Positions 1 through 13,359 of a DNA stretch of 64,000 nucleotides are shown here, piece after piece. Positions within the stretch are counted from its first letter, which is position 1, and every line of letters begins with the position of its first letter. Source of the stretch: Octopus sinensis (taxonomy: Eukaryota). The DNA lies in assembly GCF_006345805.1 (NCBI RefSeq), contig NW_021832126.1:310001-374000 (forward strand). The letters are read 5' to 3'. Position numbers and translations under genes: made by a program. The notes beneath the pieces were generated by a model that saw nothing but the letters and a program-made list of their open reading frames with translations, was not told where the DNA came from and ran no database searches.

Positions 1-2392
1 GACTGATAGTGGAGGCCAAGTCGATTCCATAATCAGAGGAAGTGACTCGTCCTTTCTCAATAACATACTTATAGATGAGAGAAGGTCTTCCGTGTTCTTT
101 GATGGCCTTAAAGTGATAACTTGGAGTTTATTGATCGAAATACTTTTCAACATAAGGACAAATGTCTTCCAGTAGACAGATTTCTTCAAAGTGTGCCGCA
201 ATCATTACAAAGCACTGCCCTATTACGTAATATTTACTTTTATTGAGACAAACTCTTCCAAAATGGCCACACAAATGCTGGCTCCAGCCAATGGGTCAGT
301 GGCTGTGTTTTAACAATGAGTGAATACCACAGCACAGTTCATCAATAAACAAAGCGGATGTGTGATTAGATGACTTAAGCAGGCATGCAATATCATTCAT
401 CTGTGCAATTAATTACTATAATGACGTCATTTTGAAATGTAGAACGAGCTAAATTGTCATCAGATCTGCCATAGTGGAAGAATATTCTATCAGCTAATTT
501 AAAACAGGCGTATTCCGCTGGTACAAATGACCCAATTTGTGCCATAATTTGAAGAAGAGCCACCTGTCTGAGATACGTGGTCTTGCCACTCTGTGTCTTA
601 ATAAATATAAATACCATATTAAACCCAGTTATGATCTGTATTCTATTCCTCTGAGTAATATACTACAATATATATAAATACATACAGTGTGATTAGAAAT
701 TAGTTTGTCGCCTTCTAGACGGTCCAGAATGGGATGTCGACCACACTTGACCACAGTAGAAGAAGAGAACTCAGGTCGGACTGGAATAACCCAAGCAAGT
801 ACTGTAGTCAGACAGAGTGGAGGCATGGGCAAGCGAATAAAGAAGATCCATCTCAGCCACGGTCTCTACCAGTTCATATAGACAGCCTAAATGTGGACGA
901 ATATCTTCTATAGTGGGGACAATCACACTGGTTTAATACTATCAGGCTATACTTTAGACTTTGAATATATCTTTCATTAATTGCTTCTCTTAGACGGACA
1001 TTCATTTTCATTAAATCGACTGTACTGCACGTTATTGAGTTTTTTTTCACATAAACTTTCACAAAAATACGAGGAAGGTCGATTGGGGGTGAAAACTGAA
1101 TATAATGTCCTCTACTTTCACTGTAGTGTAATCTGTGGCCTGACAGATCCCATTCGGCCATCAAACAGTCCACATATTCTCGAATATCCTGAGAAATCTC
1201 TTCACACGTTTTGTGAGTCACATCAAACATGACATCCAAATTGGCCTTCACTTTTAATGGCTCGTCTCCTCCTTCTTCTAATATTTTTTCGAGGGATTTT
1301 CCAATCAGTTCAAATCCCTCATTTTTTAAGACTTTTTTGTGTTCTTGGAGGATTTCTTCCCTTGAAATATTCCCCAAACATTCCTCCAGTCTTGGAAGGA
1401 AACTTAAAGCCACTTTTAGCCCTTTTAAACAACCGAAAAGTGCCTTTGCCAATTTGACTTTATCCTTACTAATAGACCTAGTAACAATAGTGGAAATAAT
1501 TTGTTCGAGTGGCCTAAATTTGGGCAGAATTTCTTGAAGAGAAAAGAAGACAGTCTGATTATGAGACAACTCCTCGACCACATCTTGTCTCTTTATAAGA
1601 ATAGAATAATCAGGTGTTGGCTGAAGGATGTTAGCCTTAAGAAGTCTTTGTCCTGAAATAGTCCTGGTATGATTGAGGACTCTGAACAGACTGGGACCCC
1701 TATCCCCGTCCTTTAATGAATACAGCAATTCTAAATTCCTGGCTGTATGACAGTCTGAGTGTCTATTAGGAGTGTTTACCGATAAGAGTAGTGCCTTCTA
1801 CTGATTTGTAGGTCACTTTTAGAGAAGAACGAGCAAAGGCTGTGTTGTGGACAGAGTTGAGGAAGCTTAGAAGAGCACAGGTGGATGCCAGGGCATAATA
1901 TTTGTCCTCAATTTGGTCTTGGATATGAGCACTCTCCTGAATGGCTAAATCTTTGATCATTTCGTATCCTTTTGTGTCAGAAAAGAAGGATCTGTCTACA
2001 AAGTTGACTGAGCAGTCTTGTAGGGGGATTGGCAGTGTTGTTGTCTTAGAAATGACGACTTGGGAAGGCTGGATTATATTCCATTCTGCTCGTAGTCGAG
2101 AGTATGATATTGTGTCTGAAAATTGACTCAGGTTGAGGATGCAGTGCCCTTCTGGCTCAATTGAGGCTATTCCGACTTCTCTTTGGGCAAGGCCCCTCCC
2201 TTCGCATATGGCCAAAATACGCCCTCCTTTTGTTGTTGGGAGACTAATGTTTGTTGTCTTTGTCGTTAGGCTTGGAGTTAGTTTGTATTTTTACTTTTCT
2301 TTTGTTAGATTGGTGTTTGATGTTATGTTTGGAGTTAAAATTTGGCTGAAATCTTTGATTTTTAGTACATATAACAACAAACTGTATTCCAT
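1..2392 (-). CDS. MSH4: MutS homolog 4 (meiotic), multi-exon, 3' end runs off window
   Basis: Spliced frame from ATG 2392: [20 protein letters not shown] (MSH4-type N-terminus), [33 protein letters not shown], Walker A IITGFNM|[25 protein letters not shown], Walker B LFIDEL. GT-AG micro-introns; an apparent 1-nt frameshift near nt 52-56. Confidence 0.9.
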
Positions 2393-2645
2393 TTCCCTCC
2401 TATTTTTAAATATTTTATTTACATATAAAATGTTTTAATTGATAAAAATATACATTTTTAATCGAAATTTTAATCTGAGTTTATACAAATGACATGTTTT
2501 AGTATAATTTTTAAATAAAATTAGCTAAATTGTTTTAATGTTATAATTTTTTAAGATTAAAAAAAAGTTTAAAAATAAAAGTTTAAATAAATATAAACAA
2601 TTTATTATAAAAAATAAAATATATAAATCTACATTTCTTGTGGAC

Positions 2646-3402
2646 ATGGAACATTTCCAATATCCAACTCAGTAATTATTAATATTATTAAAGCAATATT
2701 GGGTACTACCAATACGCGAACAACCAGACTCCCCAACACTTTTTACCATCCTACACTGAGACCACAATTGAATCCCCAGAAGAGTCCCTTTTAGACGAAT
2801 TGGAAATATACCCAAAGCAAATATTGCACAATTCTCTAGCTGTCCTCAATCCGTTCAGAGATCCAACCGAGGACCCCTTCTTTGATTTGATTGGCTCCAC
2901 CATGCTCGTCATTATCTTTGGATTTTCTCATTTATTTGTTATAAATATAAATAACTCATTTTAGACTGGGAGAATGAGACTAAAATATATTTATGGATGC
3001 TCGGTCTTTGGTTGTGTTGGACTTAACTTATTATTCGGTCTCATGAGCGAATGTGGCCTGTAATGTCTGTTTTTTATTTCTAGGAAGTTATCCGAATCGA
3101 GAAAGGTCTCTTCCTTGTTTTATGTGTCCTCTGTTTTGGGATATTCTCTTTCTCCTCTGACAATCCTGTCGATTTTGTCAGCATTTTTTGGTTTTGGAGG
3201 GTAGTTTGGTTGTTGGTGATTCGGAAGGAGTTATTTTGAGAATTGTTTGCTTCTTTTGGTGGGGTTTTTGTTTGTTGGGTGGAGTTCCATGGCGGCTGCT
3301 AAGGAGTTGGTCGTTCCTTTTGGGTTGACTGATTCGTTCTTTCTGGTTTTTTTCTCGACTGCAGTATTTTATTCACTTTTGATTGTTTTTTCTCTCTTTT
3401 AA
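2646..3402 (+). CDS. YIPF5: Yip1-domain protein (YIPF5/7-like), 5 exons
   Basis: Hand-spliced over four GT-AG introns of 22-27 nt: ESLLDELEIYPKQILHNSLAVLNP...DLIG...YIYGCSVFGC...VSSVLGYSLSPL...VGWSSMAAAK...SLF*. Matches Yip1 motifs EPPLLEELGI, SVLGY and GWCS. Absent from the ORF track. Confidence 0.85.
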
Positions 3403-3567
3403 CATATTTTTCGAATAAATGATGTACAACTTTAAGTTCCGGCTGGATTTTTAGTTTTTATTTGGAAGTAAAAAGACTTGGGTTTTTTACGGAATGGCCT
3501 TTAGATTAGACAAAATAGTTTTCTATGGGGATATTCTGCAGAGTAAGACTTTCGAGTTGTTGAACTA

Positions 3568-5540
3568 ATGAAAATTTGTATCATTTGCAACACTTCGAAC
3601 AGTCGTAAACTTTGGATCTACTGCGCAACTTGTTCGAATCCATCTTACATGTCCTGTGCCAAAATGACCAAGAAATCGATTTCTGCTATTTCCACTTGGA
3701 ATTGTACTTCATGCAGCCCAGTCCAACTCGGGGTCGGCGTGCCTAGAGGATGTGAATCTGCTGTTCATGCTATCCGCACTTTCTCGGAAGCGTGCAGGAA
3801 ATCACAATGTCCAAACATTTTGATCAAGCTTGACATCAGAAATGCATTTAACAGTATTCGACGGGACCGAGTTGAAGGCCTGCTCTGAGTATTGTCCTTC
3901 TTTATTTGGGCTAATTTTTCAATCATACGGCCAACCATCTTCCCTTATCTTTGATTCCGACACTATCCCGTCTGCTTCGGGAGTTCAACAGGGAGACCCT
4001 CTGGGGCCACTCCTTTTCTGTCTTGGAATCTCCGAGGTGACCAAGCTCCATTAAACCTCTGGTATCTCGACGACGCCACTCTCGGTGGCCCTCCGAATAT
4101 CGTCCTACAAGACATAATTAAAATCATTCCGGCTCTGGAGAAAATCGGCCTCATTTTAAATTTCTCCAAATGTGAAATTTCCAACCTCGGATGCTCGCAA
4201 TCTATTTTCGAAGACGCTGTTTCCTCTTTCTGCAATCTTATCCCGGGAGTTAAATCTACTCCCATTGACGAACTTTTTATCCTCGGAGCCCCGGTAGCTG
4301 GCAACTCTATCGATGTGGCCCTTCGCAAAAAAGAACTCTTTCTCAAGGAAGTTTTTGATCGTATCATACAGCTGGATTCACACACAGCATTATTTCTCCT
4401 ACGGAATTGCTTTTCAATCCAAAAGCTCTCCTATTTGCTACGCTCTTCTCCGTGTTTTGATTTTCCAGAGAGGCTTTCAGCCATTGACCTCCTTATCCGC
4501 ACTTGCACTCAGAACATATGCAATTCCCCCTTCGACGATATGGGTTGGAGACAGGCAACCCTCCCGTTATCTTTTGGAGGGCTCGGCATCCGCTCATGTT
4601 CCGACTTATCGTTCCCTGCTTTTCTTTCGTCCCTCTCCGCGAGCCACACACTTGTCATGGAAATTCTACGCTCCTTTTCTGAATTTTCTTTGGACACAAA
4701 TGTGGCTCATTTCAGCGAAATCTGGAGGGAACAAGATCTTGACTTTCCAGAAAATCAAATGTCTCAACGACCTGGGATCGAATTAGATGCAAGCAAACTT
4801 TCAATCTGCTGCTCGAGTCTTCCAACCAGCACCGCCGCGCTTGCCTTCTGTCGGCAGCATCCCCGGCTAGCGGAGCTTGGCTTTGTGCATTCCCGAACGC
4901 CCCATCTGGCACTCTCCTTGACAATGAATCGGTAAGGATCGGAATCTCTCTGCGCCTCGGACTAAGGCAATGTGTCCCGCACACGTGCCGTTGTGGCTGC
5001 ACTGTTGATTCTTTCGGTCTGCATCCTTTATCGTGCAGGAGGAGTGCCGGACGTTTCCCGAGGCACTCTGCTATGAACGACATCATACGGAAGGCCCTCA
5101 ACTCGGCGGGATTTCCTTCGGTCCTCGAACCACCGGATCTTGACCGCGGCGACGGGAAACGTCCTGACGGGATGACCCTTTTTTCTTTTGAGGTGGAAAA
5201 GGCCTTGTATGGGATGCAACCTGCTGGGACACTTTTTCTGTTTCACATTTAACTTCGTGTGCTCTGGAGGCTAAATCTGCTGCTAAGAAGGCTAAAGATT
5301 TAAAGCTATCAAAATATTCTGCCCTCTCGGAGGAGTTTTCGGTGGTGCCGATAGCGGCGGAGACGTCGGGTGCTCTCGGTCCAAAACTGAAAAGTTCCTT
5401 CGCAAGCTCGGAGCCAAAATCTCAATGCGCACCCATGATCCTCGGGAGGCGGACTGGCTAATGTAAGGGTTCTCGATTGCCATTATCCGGGGAAACAGTT
5501 TGGCAATCCGCCAGGCTACATATATATCATAAACATAATA
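3568..5540 (+). mobile_element. CRE-like RLE non-LTR retrotransposon, internally deleted and frameshifted, with N-terminal PHD-like finger
   Basis: PHD-like Cys cluster (CIIC..CATC..C..WNCTSC) joined to QLGVGVPRGCE, KLDIRNAFNS, GVQQGDPLGPLLF, WYLDD, GGLGI, SGAWL, CxC..H..C and KRPDG. Nearly identical to copies at 45154 and 48095. Confidence 0.85.
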
Positions 5541-6160
5541 ATGAAATAATACATTTCTTACTGATATAATAGTTTCCTTCTCAGCTTGTTTCGATAAAGT
5601 TGTTTTAAACTGTTTATTTCAGCTTTATACGTCGACTGGAACAACGAACGTGCTATATATCTCCTTTTGTTTAAATGTGGGTCAGTTTCATCCATGTCGT
5701 TGCGAGAAAGTCATTGATTTTTTTGCAAACTGAGTAAGGGTAGATTTCATAGGCACTTCTTGTTAAACGATACTATCAGGAAAGTCCTGATTCAGCAGTC
5801 TTTCCCTCTGAGCCTGCGGGCCTTGACTATGGACACGGGAAACGCCTCAGCGGGATGAAACTTTTTGATTTTATTCTCGGCCATTTGTGGTTCTTTAAAA
5901 ATTTGTGGGAAAGTCACTCTATTTGAAAACACAGTTGTAAGAATCTTACTTAATTTGACAATTTGTTTAAATGCTCAGCAAAAATAAATCGAACGATAAG
6001 TGAAGTCAGTTCTGTAAACATTATCAACTGCAGACTGCCTATTACAGACTAAACTAAACATTGATCACTTTCTATACACAAAATTTTTGAAAATTATTAT
6101 TTTTAAACACCACAGAGTCACAAAATAAATAAAGCAAAAAGTAGTTTAAAAACATAAAAA

Positions 6161-7554
6161 TCAAACATGATTAGCAAGCACATTCTCAACAATACTTTTA
6201 ACTTGCGATTCGGAAGGCAGAACATAATCATTATTCTTCCAAACGATTTTAAGTTCATTAACAATCATTTTCGTCTTACTCCCAGAAAGACCCAATCCCT
6301 TCAGCTGCTCCACCGGAAAATAAAATTTGGGAACAGGCCAGGCAATAATGCCCTCAGCCTTATCACAGAAACCAGTGTACAGCCCGAGTTGCCGAATATA
6401 CCCGTGATACATCTTGACAGTGTGTTTCCGGTCGACCAACACATCGTACATTTCCTTGCTTTCCATTCCCCCAAACTGACTTCGATATTTGACTATAAAT
6501 TCGCACAAATTGCGACATTCTTTCGACATTTTAGTTCTCAGGTGGAATACCCCGACCTACACGTGACTCAAATCACAAACATCCTCCAAAGTGGGCAACA
6601 GTGAGGATATGAAAGTCCCAAACTTGAATCCAGAACTGGTCGTCAGTTTTTTATACAAGCAGTCAAACTCTGCCAAATTAGTCGAATTTCCGAGACCTAA
6701 AAAACGTAGAAAACCGCAAAATTACCAATAAAGGGGAAAAGGCCACAATCCTTCATGGCATGTACTACACAGGGAAGAATTTTGGGATCTGAGCCTTCAA
6801 ACATTTTCTCGAGTTCCGACAAAATTCTTTCCCCAGAAATTTCTAAAACTCACTCAAATTGACAGCTTTCAAGTCCGGCGGCATTTTCGCGGATTGCGGA
6901 CAAGGTTTGGGCGTCGTGGACCGGGTTGGTTGAAACACGCCCAAAAAAACTGCCGATTTTAATTTTAAGGACAAAACCGAAAATAACGGAGAATTCTCAA
7001 ATAGTCCTCCCGAATCCGTTTTTCCGGGTCGTGGACAAAACGGACTCTTCTCTGAGCCACGTCCTCAATTCCGTTAAAAAAGTCGATGACATTTCCGTCG
7101 AAATCTGAAATATTTTTGGGGTTTTTGAATGACCGAGAAACATGGAGTTGATTGTGAGGTCCCTTCTTTCCGCGTCTTTTTTCCAGTTTTCCGTGAACTC
7201 GACTTTGGCCCATCGACCGTCGGTTTCTTTGTCGATTCTCAACGTGGTGACTTCCAAATTTTGGTTTCCAATTCTGGCAGTGACGGTTCCGTGATTTTGG
7301 CCATTGGCGTTGATCATTCGAATGTCGTTCCTCTCAAACATCTCCACCATCTGTGGGGGGGTCGCCACCGTCGCAAAGTCAAAGTCGACTGGTTTTATTC
7401 CCATCAGAATATCGCGGACTGCACCCCCGGCTATTCTCAGTTCGTAGTTGTTCTTCCTGTGTTTAATACTTAGTTTTATTAACTCGAATAATCTGGAAAG
7501 TATTTTAATGTCGGTGCTTATTATTTCGTTCAGAAAAACTGACGATATTTTCAT
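6161..7554 (-). CDS. TRNT1: CCA tRNA nucleotidyltransferase
   Basis: [61 protein letters not shown]; micro-introns including a GC-AG intron at 6843-6866. Confidence 0.93.
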
Positions 7555-7756
7555 CACGTCAAATCACCGTTTTGAATTATATATTTTATAAACATATTCT
7601 AAAATTATCCAAAATAAAAATTATTCCATTTTAATTAAAAAAGATATTGATGTTATTAAGAAATGTCTTCTTCCCCATTATAACCACCCTCTAACTGCAA
7701 AGCTTTAAAACGTAATAGGCAAGCAATAGTGAGGCCAAGACCTACAAACAGTCCAA

Positions 7757-8460
7757 TTGTGATCCCATCAGGACGTTTTCCATCTCCTCTGTCAAGGCCA
7801 ACAGGTTCAAGTACGCCGGGATATCCTGCAGATTCCTTGACAATTCCATTGATCGCCTTATGTCTTGGGAATTGTCCTGCATTTCTACAAGAGAGGGCGT
7901 GGTGTTCATAGTAGTCTGCAATGATTATGCTTTTTGTACACACAGCCGTTGTAAATAGACAAAAATTCAGTGGAACGAGCCAGATATTTCTGTAAATGAT
8001 ATATCGAGTGAAATAAGCTAAAGGTGAGAAATGCCAGAAAAAAGATTTTTTGACTGCTGATGCGGACAATATCGTCGTCAAGGTGGGTTCCGACACTATC
8101 AACGGGGAGTCCGTTGATCCAAGCTCCACTCGATTTACATCTTCCAGTCACTAGACAGGCACGTCCGTCTGTCTGTGTTGGTTTGATTGGTTCTGAAGCC
8201 TCTCATATTTATCATCGCAGATGGTTCTGTAACGATTTTTCTGGTCAGGCATCATCCACCTCGAATGCTCCATGTCTGTGATTTCAGATGATTCTTTTTG
8301 GAATTGGAGAATCATTCTGATCAGCAGTCGGCTGGAGTCAAAAGAGGATAGATATGCAGGACAAGCTAAATCTTTCGGTGAAGGGATTCCCAGTTCACCC
8401 AGGTTAATGGGTAGGGTCGCTTGGTCTCACCCTTGGTCGTCAAATTTCACATGCGTTCAA
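7757..8460 (-). mobile_element. Degraded CRE-like retrotransposon fragment (different subfamily)
   Basis: SGAWING, HALSC..GQFPRH, LEPVGLDRGDGKRPDGIT; interrupted by ~140 nt of unrelated AT-rich sequence. Confidence 0.7.
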
Positions 8461-8517
8461 TGGTGTTCCAGAAGTGACAATCAATATCGTCGAGCTGTTG
8501 CATTTTTTGTTATTTAT

Positions 8518-10500
8518 TGTCACAGTCCAGGGCTGCGAGGTTTTGAAATATTAATAATTTTTAAAAAAATTACATTTCTGAAGTTCTTTTGTTGATCTCT
8601 TCAATAAATATCTGAAATTATTAATTTTTTCTTAATTATTTCAGAGATTGTGATTTCATGAAAACCAACATATCACCAAAATCATTGATTTAACGTAGCG
8701 TTTTTTGATTCTATTAAAAAATTCACGGAAAATGTTTAACCAAACTAATTTTTGCGACGAAATTTATTAACAATATTAATTAAAATTTATAATATTAAAC
8801 TTATAAGACTAAACTAACTGACAGCCCTACGGGCAGATCTTTCAGCTTGCTACTAGACCCTATGCAGCCTTCGGCCGCGGTATTTTTGATACCCTAACTT
8901 TCTAGAGAGGTATTTTTCCAAAACATTCTCTTAGACTCAAAAAAATCAAAATCAAAAAATTAAGGAAATTTAAGTTATTACAACTTTTTTACGCGGCTTA
9001 TATGAACGGTGTTTTCTATTTCTTCATCATCAAGAATGGTGATCATCTCTCCGTCAGTGTTTGTTACTTTATATTTTTTTGTTGAAATTTGGTCGTACAG
9101 CGGATATTTTCTATTACCCACGTTTGCGTCCTCATCGTGACGTATTAAAATCTCATCACCATGTTCAATTTCGTCGTGCTTCCATCTTCTTCGCTTTTTC
9201 ATTTTTTCGCCAGATTTAACAATATTTGCGAGGGCAATTTTTCGTTTTTCTTCACCCTCCAAATTTTTTCGAGGCGAAGTAGAATGGATTTCCGCGTCTT
9301 CATTTTGACCATCGAAACCTAATAGTGCTTCCAATTTCCTTTTTTCGTATTTTTTGGAAAGATCCACATTGAAAAATATTTCGAAGGGTCTCTGCTTTGT
9401 TGTATCGTGAGTAGAATTGTTGTAATCACGAACAACATCTTTTAGGAAATGGATGTAGCATCCAAAATTTCCTCTCGATCCACTAGAGGATGAGATCCAT
9501 CGTTTTATTGACTGATTAAATCTATCTGGATTAAGCAACAAAAAATACCGTTCGACTTGTCCCTGTATCCATGGAGCTCGTGGCCGTCCAGAAACATGAG
9601 AAATGTTATATTTTTCGCAAAGTTGTTCCATATGAGAATTTTTGAATTCCTTTCCGTTATCGGTATGAAGAATAATCGGAGGTCCAATTATGCAAAAAAT
9701 TCCATTCAGGATTCGGGAAATCTTAATTGCAGATTTGCTAATGGCACTTTCTACTACACCGAATTTAATTAAAAAATCAATTAAAACAAGTATCTGTTAA
9801 TTATATTCAAAAATAATAAACCCAGGAATAATTTTCATTTTGTGCAGAATATCGCCTTAAATCAACAAGATCTACGATGTACCGGTCTCTCGGTGCATAA
9901 GCAATGATAGGCGTAATTATAGGTTTGGTAGCAAGCATTCGTTTAGACTAAACTTGTTAAACTAAATAAATAACCTGACAATAAACGCATTTAGATACCA
10001 CAGTGGCAACTTCACTACGTCTTGCACCATAAATCGTCAGTGACAATAAACTATATAATTTATCTCGTCCAAAGTGGTTTAAATTGTGTTGAGCCTAATT
10101 TAAATCAGGAAATATCAAACTTCAATGTATTTGAGCTTTAATTCAGCTTCCTGGATACAAAAGAATCGCAACTCTCGACCATTTTTAGCAATGTAGGATG
10201 CGGAATTCTTGTTAGTGAAACTTTTCTGCATATCGCTTGATTTTTGCCCTTTCCCTCCAGTCGATGCATTTATCTAGTAGTCCGGATTCACTGAAATTCT
10301 TAATTTTTTGAATTGTTTCAAGTGTTAATTCCACTAGAACCATTTTTATAATTAATATTTAAATTAAAATTATATAATAAGTTTTATTTTTTATTATTAA
10401 TAATTTTTTCCAATGAAAAGTTTTCTAAAAAAAATATTTTTTTTGCATTTTAAGCATTGACCTCGCAGCCCTGGACGGCTCGCAGCCCTGGACTGTGACA
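8518..10500 (-). mobile_element. Ginger/TDD-type integrase DNA transposon, full length
   Basis: 22-bp TIRs TGTCACAGTCCAGGGCTGCGAG (8518-8539 / 10479-10500), TGT...ACA ends, 5-bp TSD TTTAT (8513-8517, 10501-10505). Internal gene ~10343-8978 with HxxxH...CxxC zinc motif, DDE (VDLVD, HTDNGKEF, QGQVER) and micro-introns; frameshifted. Confidence 0.88.
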
Positions 10501-11269
10501 TTTATTATACTTTATAAATCATAAGAATTATAAAATTTAATTGACATATAAACAATCAATTATTTTCAACTTTATGGAATTTTGTATTAATAGAAATTGA
10601 ATTTTTACATATTTTTATTCATTATTATGAACACATTTTTATTTTATTTGTCTATTTATTGTTTATTTTTCATTATTCATTATTAGTATGTTTATTGGTT
10701 TTTCAAGTCCTTTCTTATACCAAGGAAGTCGATTTGAAGGCTTTTATGAATGCTGATAAACATTATTAAAAGTGATTAGTGAATTTTCTTATTTGGTTTT
10801 TATATAAAGACACTATTGATGGATATAATCTGCTTATCTTTTTTATTTTCTGGCCAAGGTGATGTTGCGTCATCTCTGCAATTATTTTTACTGCAATATC
10901 TTTCTAAAACATATATATACACAACGAGATGGAATTTATTGTGTGTCATTGTCCAATACTTAACAAATTGAAGATGTTTTGGCCTGGATTCGCCCTTAGA
11001 AGTTATTTAACATAAAATAACATAATTTCATAAAAATATGTGTTCTGAGGGCCATAATTCCGTAAAAGCAATCCTGAATATTTCTAATTTTGGAAATTCC
11101 ATTTCTGTCTGATTGTTTTGAGGTGAATACATTTTATGATTTTTTTTGTTGTTCTCCGGGATTCAACTGTTTATGTGAGTCCTTTCCTCGAACGAATGTA
11201 TACGATAGTTGTTTTAAAACACTTTTATCGCCTTTTCTATGCTGTTTATTCCAAACAGTTGTGGGCAGG

Positions 11270-12393
11270 TGTACAAAGTCTTGGATGTCAATTTCTAACG
11301 CTATTTTTGTAGCGTTGGAAAAACCATTTGTTTGTACTAAAAACAGCAATATATTCGTCGTCTAGTCGGAAATTTTGTACAAAGTCTTGGATGTCAATTT
11401 CTAACGCTATTTTTGTAGCGTTGGAAAAACCATTTGTTTGTACTAAAAACAGCAATATATTCGTCGTCTAGTCGGAAATTTTGTACAAAGTCTTAGATGT
11501 CAATTTCTAACGTTATTTTTGTAGCGTTGGAAAAACCATTTGTTTTACTAAAAACAGCCATATATTCGTAGACTAGTCGGAAATTTTGTACAAAGTCTTG
11601 GATGTCAATTTCTAACGCTATTTTTGTAGCGTTGGAAAAACCATTTGTTTTACTAAAAACAGCAATATATTCGTCGTCTAGTCGGAAATTTTGTACAAAG
11701 TCTTGGATGTCAATTTCTAACGCTATTTTTGTAGCGTTGGAAAAACCATTTTTTTTTCCTAAAAACAGCAATATATTCGTCGTCTAGTCGGAAATTTTGT
11801 ACAAAGTCTTGGATGTCAATTTCTAACGCTATTTTTGTAGCGTTGGAAAAACCATTTGTTTTACTAAAAACAGCAATATATTCGTCGTCTAGTCGGAAAT
11901 TTTGTACAAAGTCTTGGATGTCAATTTCTAACGCTATTTTTGTAGCGTTGGAAAAACCATTTGTTTTACTAAAAACAGCAATATATTCGTCGTCTAGTCG
12001 GAAATTTTGTACAAAGTCTTGGATGTCAATTCTAACGCTATTTTTGTAGCGTTGGAAAAACCATTTGTTTTACTAAAAACAGCAATATATTCGTCGTCTA
12101 GTCAAAAATTTTGCACAAAGTCTTGGATGTCAATTTCTAACGCTATTTTTGTAGCGTTGGAAAAACCATTTGTTTTACTAAAAACAGCAATATATTCGTC
12201 GTCTAGTCGGAAATTTTGTACAAAGTCTTGGATGTCAATTTCTAACCCTATTTTTGTAGCGTTGGAAAAACCATTTGTTTGTACTAAATACAGCAATATA
12301 TTCGTCGTCTAGCCGGAAATTTTGTACAAAGTTTTGGATGTCAATTTCTAATGCTATTTTTGTAGCGTTGGAAAAACCATTTGTTGTACTAAA
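11270..12393. repeat. Tandem array, 104-106-bp unit, ~10.6 copies
   Basis: Units start at 11271, 11377, 11483, 11588, 11693, 11799, 11904, 12009, 12113, 12218, 12324. Near-identical; each holds a hairpin TTTCTAACGCTA-N6-TAGCGTTGGAAA. The minus strand encodes a 35-aa repeat. Confidence 0.97.
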
Positions 12394-12575
12394 TTTTGAA
12401 AATATTAAGACTTACTAAAACAATGAAATAATGTACCAAACTAGCGCCCATCCATTTCTTACATTTCCTGAAAATGATAATACTGCGTTGTTTGCGATTT
12501 TGAAAACTTTGGACACGTTATCAATGATTATATTAAGTAAATAATCTTAATACTTTGCACATGATTTCCTGAAGG
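12290..12575 (-). pseudogene. Proteasome-beta-like gene fragment (copy A) leading into the 105-bp array
   Basis: PSGNHVQ|IIDNVSKVFKIANNAVLSFSGNVRNG...; clearly homologous at DNA level to 17313-17440, whose upstream part carries the TT..GGV..DSR motif. Confidence 0.6.
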
Positions 12576-12817
12576 TTCAAAGTGGGATTTTCCAAATTCA
12601 ATATGGGATTTCCAAGTTCAAAGTGGGATTTTCCAAATTGAATATGGGATTTCCAAGTTCAAAGTGGGATTTTCCAAGTTCAAAGTAGGATTTTCCAAAT
12701 TCAATATGGGATTTCCAAGTTCAAAGTGGGATTTTCCAAATTCAATATGGGATTTCCAAGTTCAAAGTGGGATTTTCCAAATTCAATATGGGATTTTCAA
12801 GTTCAAGGATTTTCAAG
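12575..12817. repeat. 41-bp dimeric minisatellite (21+20-bp monomers)
   Basis: GTTCAAAGTGGGATTTTCCAA / ATTCAATATGGGATTTCCAA, ~12 monomers; same repeat at 17595-17765. Confidence 0.95.
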
Positions 12818-13359
12818 TCGGTTATGAATTATAAAGTATAAAAAAGGGAATAAAATAGTTATTAACTAACTAAATTCCCGGCCTCGTAAATGGAAACACA
12901 GTTTCCACGTACTATAGCCAATGAAATCCTTTTGAGAAGCCACTTGGACTCGCGTCATTTATTAATTTATTAATAAATGAAGTCGGTTATTGAATTCATT
13001 TATTAATTTAAAATCGCCTCACATTACAAAATGTACGTTAATAAAAAGAACGCTGTTCATTTTTAAATTAATGCTGAAACTTCTGACCAGTTTGTATGCA
13101 TACAGGTTATTTTGATGAATCGTACGTGTCTTTCTTAAAAAAGTTGTTTTATCATATTATTATTAATTTTTATTAAAATATTAAGTTTAGTTATTTGAGG
13201 CCAATATCAGCAGATTTTTCTAGATTCCTTTCAAGGCCAATATCAGCAAAAACATGCCCATGTCATTACAGATATCGTTTCTTGTTTTTCCGCCAAAATT
13301 TTTAGGTCATCAACGAATAATAGGTGGTTTGTTGAATATATTCCCAATTTTCCTCGGGG

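Noticed and set aside
11270-12393. Palindromic repeat array as CRISPR or Helitron ends
   Set aside because: No unique spacers, no cas or RepHel gene, eukaryotic context; the unit is explained as a duplicated exon.
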